Shown here piece by piece: positions 38,901 through 51,900 of a stretch of 64,000 bases of DNA; the stretch's first letter is position 1, and each line of letters starts with the position of its first letter. Made by a program: the position numbers and the translations under genes. Source of the stretch: Tubiluchus corallicola (taxonomy: Eukaryota > Animalia > Priapulida); contig JAQGDQ010002376.1 in NCBI GenBank assembly GCA_030141605.1, forward strand, positions 425,349-489,348. Direction: 5' to 3'. The notes beneath the pieces are model-generated. The model saw nothing but the letters and a program-made list of their open reading frames with translations. It searched no databases and was not told the DNA's origin.

Positions 38901-41900
38901 TGCAAGAAAGTCTTCAAAGATGGAGGAACTCTGAAAGTTCATAAGCGCATACACACAAACGAAAGGCCATACATTTGTCACATTTGTCAAGCAACATTCA
39001 GACAACACCACCATCTAGTCAGACATGTAGCAAGCCATAGTGATGATAAACCATTTTCTTGTGATGTGTGCGGAAAAAGATTCAAATTAAGCGAATACCT
39101 CACAACACACAAGGCTGTGCATTCACAGGCTAAGAAATTCAAATGTGGAGTATGCGGCAAAGATTTTCGCCTATACAGCGATTTGAGAGCTCATCAGAAA
39201 GTTCATGCATCAAAAAACGCAAAGACTGATGGTATGTTTGACAATAAGCTTGCTTTTGATAGTCATGATACTAGTCACTCTAGGCTTAAACCCCACAAAT
39301 GTCCCGTTTGTAAGAACGGTTTTAAAGTGGTTCGCCACATGAAAATTCATTTGTGGTCACATTCTAAGAACAATATGCACTATTGTCTCACTTGCGGAAA
39401 AAAATTTCAATCTCAAGTTGGCTTAGCTGTCCACAAAAGAATTCACATTGTAAAAAAAGAACTTGAAGAGGTTGTGAATGCAAGCACTAACTTGACGCAG
39501 TACGTGACCAGCACTAGTAAAGGTAAACAGTACCAATGTCCCGTATGTGAAGTGAAATTTGCACAGTCTACCTATCTGAGTGTACACTTGCGAGTTCACA
39601 CAGGCGAGAAGCCATATAAGTGTGAGGTTTGCAATAGTCGTTTTCGACAAAGAGCCCATCTTAAATGTCACATGTTCACTCACACAGACCACAAACCTTT
39701 TTCTTGCAAAATATGTGCTGCATCTTTTAAGCAACTTTCAGCTTTAAAAAAACATGGTTTAGTACACACTGACTTAAAGCCATACAAATGTGATTCTTGT
39801 AGTGCAGAATTTGCACAATCAACCGACTTGCTAAATCACATTATGGTACATAACGAAAATAGACCCTATACTTGTCAAACTTGTTTCGCTACATTTAAAA
39901 CTGAATCATTCTTCAATAGCCACATTAAAGTACACACCCATCTTAAACCTCACGTTTGTGATGAATGTGGAAAAGACTTTCGAATCGCTGCAAATCTAAC
40001 AGTTCATAAGAGAACTCACTCTAACGAAAAGCCATACCAGTGTCAAATCTGCTCAAAGCGATTTAAACAAACAGGACACTTGAAAGTTCATTTGTCAATA
40101 CATGCAGACTCGAAACCATATAAATGTGATTCTTGTGGTGCCAGTTTTAGGCAACCAGGAAACTTAAAGAGTCACCAAACCGTTCACACAGATGAAAGGC
40201 CACATGTATGTGACATTTGCCAATCAGCTTTTAAAACGTTTAGTTATTTGCAAAGCCACAAGCGAATACATACAGATTTGCGTCCATATAGCTGTACATG
40301 TGGAAAAACATTTAAAACACCAGATGGATTGAAAGCGCACGAGAAAACTCACACAGATGAAAAGCCATATGAATGTCGCCATTGTCATGCACGCTTTAAG
40401 CAGCAGCCTCACCTCAAAACTCATCTACTTACACATAGTACTCACAAACCTTATTGCTGTGACACTTGTGATGCACGCTTTAAACAGTCATCCCACTTGA
40501 AAGTTCACATGGCTGTTCATAGCGATGTGCGACCATTTCCTTGTCATATTTGTGGTGCGGCATTTAAAACATCAACTTCACTCAGTAGTCATAAGCGCAT
40601 TCACACGGACCTGAAGCCATATGTATGTGACGTATGCAACAGAGCCTTTAAATTTTCGGAAGGACTAAAATCTCACAAGAAAACACACTCAGCTGACAAA
40701 CCTTTTTCATGTGACCAGTGTGGAGCATGTTTTAAGTTGGCTGGTTATCTCAAAAGCCATATGCTAGTTCACACTGAAATACGACCCTATTGTTGTTCTA
40801 CATGTGGAGCTACTTTTAAAACAGCCAGTTACCTCCATAACCACAGCAAAATTCACACAGACATTCGACCTCATATTTGCCACATTTGTGGAAAAGGTTT
40901 TAAAATGTCATCAAACTTGCGAGCTCATGCACGAACTCATTCAAACGAGAAACCATATTCTTGTGACCAATGCTCTGCACAGTTTAAGCAAATTGCTCAT
41001 TTAAAGATGCATGTCAGAACTCATTCTGATTTGAAACCCTATAAATGTGATTCCTGCGAATCTCGTTTCCGACAGTCTGCGCATTTAAAAGTTCACATGG
41101 CTGTTCACACTGAATCACGACCATTTGCTTGTGAAATTTGTGGAGCTGCATTTAAAACACAATCATCATTAAACTCACACAAGAAAATCCATACAGACAT
41201 TAAACCTCATTCATGTGATGTATGTGGGAAATCATTCAAATTTGCTGTTGGATTAAAAACTCACAGGCGAATTCATACAAATGAGAGACCTTTCTCTTGC
41301 GATACATGCCATGCTAGTTTTCGACAGGCTGGCAATTTGAAAAGTCATATGGCAGTGCATACAGATGTTCGACCGTACGCATGCCCAACATGTCAAGCTG
41401 CCTTTAAAACATCATACTATCTCCAGAATCACATTAGAATACACACGACTGCTCGTCCATTTCAATGTGATGTCTGTGAAAAATCTTTTAAATTTAAGGA
41501 GGGATTACAATCTCACAAAAAGACACACACAAATGAACGCCCATTTGAGTGCGATACATGCCATGCACGATTCAAGCAAGCTGCTTATCTCAGAAGTCAC
41601 ATGCTTGTACATTCAGATGAAAGAAATCATTTTTGTGACATTTGTGGATCAGCTTTTAAAACTGCTGTTTATCTTGCCAATCATAGGCGCATTCACACTG
41701 ATATGAGACCATACAAATGTGATATTTGTTACAAGGATTTCAAGCTGCCCGATGGCTTAAAGGCACATAAGAAGACACATTCCGATGAAAAACCATACTC
41801 GTGTAATATATGTGGTGCAAAATTCCGGCAAACAGCCCACGTAAAGGCACACATGTTAACCCATTCAGATGCTAAACCTTATAAGTGTGACACCTGTGAT

Positions 41901-44900
41901 GCTTGTTTTAAGCAGTCAGCTCACTTAAAATCACATCTTGCTGTACACAGTGAAGAAAGAAAGTACTCATGTGATATTTGTTATTCTGCTTTTAAAACAT
42001 CTACTGCTCTAAACAGTCATAAAAGAATACATACTGATATAAAGCCTTATATATGTGCTACATGTGGCAATGCTTTCAAAACACCAGACGGATTGAAATC
42101 TCACCAGATTAGTCATATGGATGAACGTCCGTTTGAATGTGATACATGTCATGCTAAATTTAAGCAATCCACAAACTTGAAATATCACATGGTGGTGCAT
42201 TCGGAAGAAAGAAATTATACATGTGATATATGTGACTCTGCTTTTAAAACTATGGCATATCTTACCACACATAAGCGTATTCATACAGAACTGCGTCCAT
42301 ACATTTGTGAATGTGGAAAAGACTTCAAGACACCTGATGGACTGAAATTGCATAAACGTACACACACAGGTGAGAAGCCATACTTCTGCAGTTTATGTGG
42401 TATGAGATTCAGGCAGTCAGGACATCTTAAATGTCACATGCAAACTATACATTCCGATTCTAAGCCATTTAAATGTGACACATGTGATGCATGTTTTAAA
42501 CAGTCAGCAAACTTGCGCAGCCACATGGCCGTACATTCTGATATTCGTCCTTATCCATGTCCTATTTGTGAGGCCACTTTTAAAACATCTACTTCATTAA
42601 GCAGCCATAAACGAATACACAGTGATATTAAACCACACATTTGTGACGTATGTGAAAAAGCATTTAAAACATCAGAAGGACTGAAGTCACACAAACACTC
42701 ACACACAGATGCTAGACCCTTTGAGTGTGATACATGCCATGCCAAATTCAAGCAAGCAGGAAATTTAAAGAGCCACATGGTAGTGCATACTGAAGAACGT
42801 CCATGGACTTGTGATGTTTGTGAAGCCTCCTTTAAAACACAAGCATACCTTCATAGTCACAAACGTATCCACACTGATATAAGGCCTTACATTTGTGAAT
42901 GTGGAAAAGATTTTAAAACACCCGATGCATTAAAACTTCATAAACGTACACATAGTGATGAAAAACCGTACGCTTGTGAAATTTGTCATTCAACATTTAA
43001 GCAGCTTGCCCATGTACGAGTTCACATGGCTACACATTCTGATCTCAAGCCATATAAATGTGACACTTGTAGTGCTAGCTTCAAGTTGGCAGCATATTTG
43101 AAAACCCACATGATTGTTCACACTGAAGAAAGACCATGGATATGTGACGTTTGCCAAGCTGCTTTTAAAACGTCTAGTTATCTTAGCTCACATAAGAAAA
43201 TTCACACAGATTTGAGACCATACATTTGTGATCAGTGTGGAAAAGACTTCAAGCTTCCTGATGCCCTGAAACTTCACAAGAGAACACATTCAAATCTAAG
43301 ACCGTTTTCATGTGATGTATGTGGTCAGAAATTTCGGCAAACTGCACATGTTAAAGCACACATGCTTACGCATTCAGATTCAAAACCATTCAAATGTGAT
43401 ACTTGTGATGCTTGTTTTAAACAGTCCGGGAATTTGAAATCTCATATGACAGTACATTCTGATGTTCGGGCTTACTGTTGCCCCATATGCGGAACAGCTT
43501 TTAAAACAACCACATCATTAAACAGTCACAAACGGGTTCACAGTGACATTAAGCCTCATATCTGCTCCACTTGTGGCAAAGCTTTTAAAACTAGAGAAGG
43601 GCTAAAGTCACACAAATACACACACACAGATGAACGTCCATTTGCATGTGATACATGCAGTATGAGTTTTAAGCAATCCTCCAATTTAAAAAGTCACATG
43701 ATTGTGCATACTGATGTAAGACCACACGTTTGTGATATATGTCAGGCAGCTTTTAAAACAGTTAGTTACCTCACTAGTCATAAACGAATTCACACAGATT
43801 TGAGACCATATAACTGCGAAATATGTGGAAAAGATTTCAAGTTACCAGATGGATTGAAACTCCATAAACGAATACACACCAATGAAAAACCTTTCTCGTG
43901 TGATACATGTCAAGCTGCCTTCAAGCAGTCTGCTCATCTCAAAGTTCATATGACAGTTCATACAGACGAGAGAAATCACATTTGTGATATATGTGAATCA
44001 GCTTTTAAAACTGCATCATACCTAGCCATTCATAAAAAAACACACAGTGATGTAAGACCTCATATCTGTGATATCTGTGGCAAGGGATTCAAGTTTACAG
44101 ATGGGCTGAAAGCTCATAAAAAGACTCATACATCTGAGAAGCCATACCAATGTGAGATATGTTTTAGACGATTTCGACAAGGAGGACATTTAAAAATACA
44201 TCTTCTTACACATTCTGACTCAAAACCTTTTAAATGTGACACATGTGATGCATGTTTTAAACAGTCTGGCCATTTAAAGGTTCACATGTCAGTACATTCA
44301 GATGAAAGACCTTTCCCTTGTGCAGTGTGTGGTGCTGCATTCAAAACATCAACATCTCTGAGCACCCATAAACGTATTCACACTGACCTGAGACCCTATT
44401 CCTGTGACTTGTGTGACAAAGCATTCAAGTTTTCCACAGGCTTGAGAGCTCATAAAAAAACTCACACAGGAGAAAAGCCATATAGCTGCAAGATTTGCGG
44501 TGCTCGATTCAGACAAATTGGTCATGTGAAGGTACATATGACAACTCACTCAGACCTGAAGCCATATAGCTGTGACACATGTAACGCTTCTTTTAAATTA
44601 GCAAGTTACTTGAGAAGCCATATGGTTGTCCATTCTGAAGAAAGAAAATGGACTTGTGACGTTTGTCAAGCATCATTTAAGACAAATACCTACCTTAATT
44701 CGCATAAGAAGATACATACAGATTTACGGCCACACATTTGTGATATATGTTCCAAAGATTTCAAGCTGCCGGAAGCACTGCGCTTACATAAAAGAACACA
44801 CACTGACATTCGACCTTATTCATGCGAGCTGTGCAATGCAAAGTTTCGCCAAACAGGACATCTCAAGTGTCACATGCAGACAAGGCATTCAGATTTGAAA

Positions 44901-47900
44901 CCATTTAAATGTGATACCTGTTCTGCATGCTTTAAACAACCTGCAAATTTAAGAACTCACATGCTAGTGCACACTGATGAAAGACCACATCAATGTCAGA
45001 TATGTGGTGCTGCTTTCAAGACAACTACTGCTCTTAATTCTCACAAACAGGTGCACAGCGATGTACGCCCATTCATTTGTGCAAGATGTGGTAAGTCATT
45101 CAAAACCCGTAATGGGCTGAAATCACATAAAATCACTCACACTGATTCTAAGCCCTTTGAGTGTGATACATGCAGTGCCTGTTTCCGACAATCAGCACAT
45201 TTGAAGGTTCACATGACTGTTCATTCTGACTACAGAGGATATCCTTGTACAGTATGTGGTGCTGCTTTCAAAACAGGTACTTCTTTGAAAAGTCACAGTC
45301 GTATACATACTGACATCAAGCCCTTTATATGTGATGTGTGTAACAGAGCATTTAAGTCAAAAGATGGGTTAAAACATCACAAGATAACTCATTCTAATGA
45401 AAGACCATTTGCATGTCTACAATGCAGTGCTAAGTTTAAACAAGCCACTTATTTGAAAAACCATCAGTTAGTTCATTCAGATGTAAAACCATTTCAATGC
45501 CAAGTGTGCTCAGCTGCTTTTAAGCTGCCGGCTTATCTTAGGTCACACATGATGATTCACGGAGATTTAAAACCGTACCAGTGTCAGATATGCAATAAGC
45601 AATTCAGACATTGGAGCACGCTGAAGATCCATACAAGAACACACACAAATGAACGGCCTTATGAATGTGAGACCTGCCATAAGATGTTCTCACAAAATGG
45701 TCATCTAAAGTTGCACATGATGATTCACTCGGGCGAAAAGCCTTACTCGTGTACCGTGTGTAATAGGCGTTTTCGACAACATAGACACTTATTAACGCAC
45801 AAAGTAAAACATGTAACTGATCGACCATACCAATGTAATAGTTGCCAATCTGCTTTTAAAACACATACTTCATTGCAGTCTCATAAACGAATTCACACTG
45901 GTGAAAAACCGTATGAGTGCACCACGTGTTGCACAAGTTTTAGACAGCTGAGTCACTTAAGGAGGCATCAACAATGCCACAGAAACCCGGCTTCAAGGTT
46001 GAAACCATTTAAATGCACTTCTTGTCCAAAAGCATTTAGAAAGGCCACACATCTCCGAGCACATGAAATTGTCCATACTGATAGTAAGCCTTTCAAGTGC
46101 CCAATCTGTGATGCAGAATTCCGTCACGGACGTTCGCGTAAAACACATATGAAATGTCACCAGCCTACACTCATGCATCAGTGTGATGTGTGCTTACAAA
46201 GCTTTAGTGAAGAGGAAGAACTAAGATCACATTCTGAAAGTCATGTACAAGAAAGTGCATATACATGTGAACAATGTGGCGAAAAGTTTAAGAGAGCATC
46301 GCTTTTGTCAGCTCATACTGCATTACATGAGAGAGAGAAATTATCTGCTGATGGCTACATTGAATTTGATAGACCGTATCCTTGTTCACAGTGTAGTGCA
46401 CAATATGAATCAAAACAAGGATTAGCAAAACATATGCTTGTTAGACATGCAACACTTGAAGACCTGCGTTGCAACTTGTGCCACAACACATTTACCTCAT
46501 TGCAGTTACTACGTGAACATATGAGAACTCACAAAGAAAAAGAACACATGTGCAATGTATGCAACAACACTTATACCTCAAAACATTTATTACGTATACA
46601 TATGAAAATTCACAAACATACTAGTAAAGAACATGTTTGTAATGTGTGTGGGAAAGTTTTTAAAAATGCTAGTAGCCTTTGTCATCATAGAGAAATTCAT
46701 GTTGAAGGCAGACCTCATGTGTGCACAAAATGCAATGCGTCTTTCAAAACAAAGAAAACTCTTTGGGCACACAGTAGGATTCATACAAGGGAAAAAGTGT
46801 TTTCTTGTAATAAATGCGGTGAAAAGTTTTCAGTAAAGGAACAGCTACTGCAACATAAGCAAAGTGCTCATTCAGTTGGTAAGACTAAGAAATGCTCTAC
46901 TGCCAGTAAGAATTATGACTGCGAACAATGTGCTGCCAGTTTCAAGTTCCTGACACTTTTAAAACAACACAAAGAGGCCCACAAAACTGCCATATGTGAC
47001 AAAACACAACTTGTGAAAGGAACTGCCAGCAAACCACGAAAGACACACAAGTGTCCCGAGTGCAACAAATTGTTTACTCATTCGTGGAATTTGAAAAATC
47101 ACCTGTATTCTCATCGTGCAAAACCCGTTTACAAATGTAATCTTTGTCCAAGTACATTCAGTAGGGAAGCACATTTAGTTAGGCACATAGCATGCCATAA
47201 AGGAAAAGAATTGTCAGTAAGTGTCAAAGTGCAAAGAATTCCTCATTTGCAAGAACAGCGCAATATGTCACAGACAGTTAATGATGCCCCAATACCAACT
47301 CCTGAATTCAATTATTTGCATAACACAAACGAAATAGTTTTAGACAAAATTCCTATTAAGCAAGAACCCCTAGATTACTCCCTTGTGGAGGATGATACCT
47401 CCAGCCCTGTGCATGAAGAAGGTAGTAATGTAGATGATGCTAACTTCTGTATTGAAGAATGTAACATAGAAGAGTTTTACCTTTCACCATATTTGGGTGA
47501 AAGCAACAAAGAGACAGTAGGTGAAGGCTGTTCTGCTATCACCATTAAGAAGGAAATGTCGCACTTCTTGTAAGTGGCTAATGAAAACTTTTATATTTAC
47601 AAAATTGTCTGCAAAACTCACTTATACTTATACTGCACAGTGTAGTGTACTATATTGCTAATTTTGTTTAATTGTTTGAACCTTGCACCACTTCTTTATT
47701 AAAATGTAGCGTAATTTATCCATATTTGTTGCACAAGTTATGGAAGCATGTTAAGACTATCGTATAACTCATGATAAGCTTTGGGTAAACCTTTGTAAAA
47801 TGAGTTACTTGCTGCAGATGTTTTGTCACATTTTGAATACAAAGATATTTATGGTTTCTTGCAGCAAAAATGTAAGTCATGTATCTATAAGATAAAAGTT

Positions 47901-48803
47901 GCTGGAGCTACATGTACTGCTTTTCGTTTGCTAGCAATTGGGTATTCCCAGCTCTAGTTCTGCTCAAGTGATATATAACGGGCTTCATGAAGCCAAGTGA
48001 CCTGAATGATAAAGTCCTTGCTGCTTCAACCTCAGAAAGCATTGATGAGATAGTCTCCAAAAATCATCACATTAGTGTATTGTTTTACTCAGTATTAGTA
48101 ATAGAGTTAGTGTCACTAACACTGTGTGTAATTTCAATATTATGTGTAAATTCAATCTGATGTGTTGTCTGTGTAAATCCAAGGTTAGTCGTTATGGTGC
48201 ATGCACATTTGCTCTTCCAAACTATAAGTATTATTCAATTCACTTTTTTTTATGTTTTACATCTCGTATTGCTTCGATTTCCTAAAGAAAGGTTCATGGA
48301 TGCGTGTATATTTGTCAGCTAAAGTTGCCTTAAGAGTTGATAAAATATGAATGAAATTATTGTAGGGTTATGTTATTGCTAGTATGTTAGTACCATTTAC
48401 TCGATGTGACTTGATATTGTCAAGCATTAGTGCCATTTATTTAATGTGCAAGCTGCACAAATAGTATTGCTCGTAGATGTACTTGTAACTTTGTCAGTTA
48501 TTCATGTTGTGAACTAGAAAAATTATGTTATTGAACATGTAAATAATTTTAATGTACTTAGAAGTATGATTGTAAAATGAGATGTATAGAACATGTTGGA
48601 AACCTAAGCACGAAAGATGTTCGCTGTTCTCTGACATAATTTAAGTGTGCACTGTGTCTGATGTGCATGTGCTTTTAATTTGCTAAGTAAACTTACAATG
48701 TATATGATGATGTATATTAAATCAAATCCCAGGAAACCGACCCTAAAAACTTTTGTACACATAAAAATAAATGCTGATTAACTTAAATACATTAACAGTA
48801 CTA

Positions 48804-48841
<38 letters not shown>

Positions 48842-48845
48842 CATC

Positions 48846-48901
<56 letters not shown>

Positions 48902-51900
48902 TACCATTACCTTCATGTGTTTAGTTCAAAAAGTGAGTTTGAGTATGTCGAATACATTTATCATATATCGTATTCACGTAGAAAAGTTTTGTCTTATTTT
49001 GACTGGTTTGTAGTTTGTGTTTTAGTATTAACACCAAGTGTAATATACACTCACACATTTTATTATGTTAACAAACTAATTAATAAACACCACAGTAATC
49101 ACAATGTTTTCTTTGGCGTTTTTTTATGTAAAGCTTAAGTCTTATTACTGCTTTTCTTCAGAAATTGTGTTATCATACATAAATTACTTGTGGTTCACAA
49201 GTTAAGAATATTTTTGATATTTTTGCATTAAAGTGCAAACTTGCCAAAAGCATGACTTTAAACGTGGCAAACACAAGGTAATACGAAGATACTATCAATT
49301 AATGGCAAAGCCTAAATGTGCCAGCCCAGAACCTTGTTCATCTTCATAAATGATCCTGTAAGATGAGACACTGAACTACGTTGAGGGCTCAATGCTTCTA
49401 GATACTTATATATTCCGAAAAGAAGGTAAACAACTTAGGGCAGTTTGTCAGATAAAGCTGCCTGTAAGCAGTTTTCCTGTTAGTCACTTATCCTTTTACT
49501 AGCCAAGCTCACTATTATTTAACCTTAGGCACTCATCTATCACCGTGTTTGGATAAAATAAACTTAAACTCAATAATTCTCATATGAATCTTAGAATAAA
49601 ACAGCAGTATCAAGATGGTAATGTAAAACTTCATCACAAATGCTTTATTTCTGTAATGACAGTGTTTTGGCAGCCATTGCGCAATATAATTACCTCATTG
49701 TTATCCTCTTCACTGGACCTCTGTCGCTCCGTTTTCTGAGCTGATTTCCAGATCAGTTGAGGATGGTTGCACAGTTTCTTGAGTGTTGCTATACATGCTA
49801 GATGCACTCTGCCATCAGCTATTACAAAATTAATAAATTCAGTGCAAATTAATCTGCATCAAGTTAAAAAGATGATTATGTAATTTAGCATTACTACAGC
49901 ATTATTATTTTTTTATAATTTTAACTGCAAGATTATTATTAATGATGGACAGAATAAGTATTAACTTTTTTAAACCAACCTAGTGAAGAAGGAAAAGTTT
50001 AACAGTAACAGGTCAAATGTCATGACCAATAGACCACACAGCACCTTGTGATCAAGGCAGATCTTAATTAAATCTTAATAGATTACCAATTAATGCAGCA
50101 TATCTAAGTTTCACTCAAACAAAGTTTCACTTAATTACTAACTGATTAGATTAATGTTTTTATAATTTATTTACAGCCTAGATTAATCCAAGTGCAACTG
50201 TTTAACCCCTGTGTAATATTATGATTAATTATTTATAAACTTGATTGTAAGATTATTATTATAATCATAGAACAACAATCAACATTTTTCTTTAATTTGA
50301 TTTATAGGTGGAAAATTAGGTAGTGTTTTGATAAATTAACACTTTTTCAATGCTAAGCTATACAAAATACAAGTATAGAGAGTCAATTTCCTCATAAAGT
50401 TGCAAAATGCACAACAGTGTTATTTAAAATGTTTTTAATTTAAAAATAAATTGCCTGTGCACACTGACACACAAATTCTTCTGTTTGTTGGGTATTACCT
50501 AACTAATTATAACGCAGCTATAGCTAAATCATGTAGCATTTTTTACACATGCGATACACCAATACACTCAAAAGAACATTAATTTAGATCGACATATAAA
50601 GAAAAACATAATTAAATTTAAATCAAGAATTTACCTGTGTTGTAGTCATCCAAGTATTGTTTTAAAAGTTGTGAATGAAGGATGGCTTCATATACTTTCA
50701 CTTGGAATGATGACGGCTGACAAAATATTACCATTTCCACTAAAACCATACCATTAATTTTTACCATTATTTATAAAATAACTTATTTATGATTGATGAA
50801 ACACATATGTGGTTTTAAGAAGTTTTTTTTACAAAAAGCACAAAACACAAAAAGTTATTGCAGCACAATTAAACAAATACCTGAAGTTAATGAATTTTCT
50901 TAAAAATTAGATTAGTAGCTAAAATTTCAAGGTAAACGGTAAAAATTAAAGTTAACATTGCATGATTCAATATATACATTACACGAATGTCTCCTCAATT
51001 TCTAGTGATAAACGTAATGTTATTTCAGTTCTTTTACTGTATGGAAAAAATAGTTATTTTTGATGCTGATAATGGAGCATCGTAGATGATAATTTCCTAC
51101 CTTTTGATGGTAAATATGCATTATTAACGCTCTGAGTGCGACGTAAAACAAACATTTGTGCTAGCCTCGCTAAGTCATTTTCCCGAGCTTTTCCAAATTC
51201 AACATGTTCCTTGGAAGCTTCTGGCTGCTTGGACAGTAAAATTGGATTTTCCCAGAACTTCTTGAATGTGACACATAAACCTGACAAAACATGACTACAA
51301 TATAATGTATGGGGTTTGCCTGCAATTCCTGAGCCCCAGTAAGCCCCCCCCCCCCCACTAAAAATACATCAAAGGAAAATGTGTAGGTAAGCAAGAGACT
51401 TGAATAGTGATCTCATTAATACAGAGCATTAACAAATTAGCCAAAACTAATAACCTAAAATTGAAGAATAGGCATGCATAAAATATCAAAACACTTTGTC
51501 ACCATTAAACACAAGCTATTTCATGTTTGTACATTCATTGACTGATTTATCTATCATTTATTTCGCTTGTTTTAATGTTAGTATGGGGTTTTGTAGTCTA
51601 TGATGCCCTGGTGTGTGAACCCAGTTAGTCTATATGTAAGTATGGCACTGGCCCAGACACATACGATTAATGTATTGTGAAATTATAACAAAGTACTTTT
51701 ATATTTTAGGATTATATAAAAATTATCATTTCACTGCTAGAATCATTGATTATGTTTTAGTATTTAGGTAAATAAAGACACAGGGACCCCTATTTATTTT
51801 AGTTTCTAATTATTATGGGAGCAGTCACTCACTGTTGGTCTGAATAGTTAACCGAAGATATGACACTGGATCCAAAGGCTATGGACCACAGAAATAGAGA

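Noticed and set aside
36143-47174. Short alternative-frame and antisense ORFs within the ZNF exon
   Set aside because: 60-120 aa shadows of a repetitive coding sequence with no recognisable motifs.
35763-47573. PRDM9 ortholog, suggested by the RAD54B neighbourhood
   Set aside because: No KRAB, SSXRD or PR/SET domain is visible, and fingers are synonymously diverged rather than near-identical.
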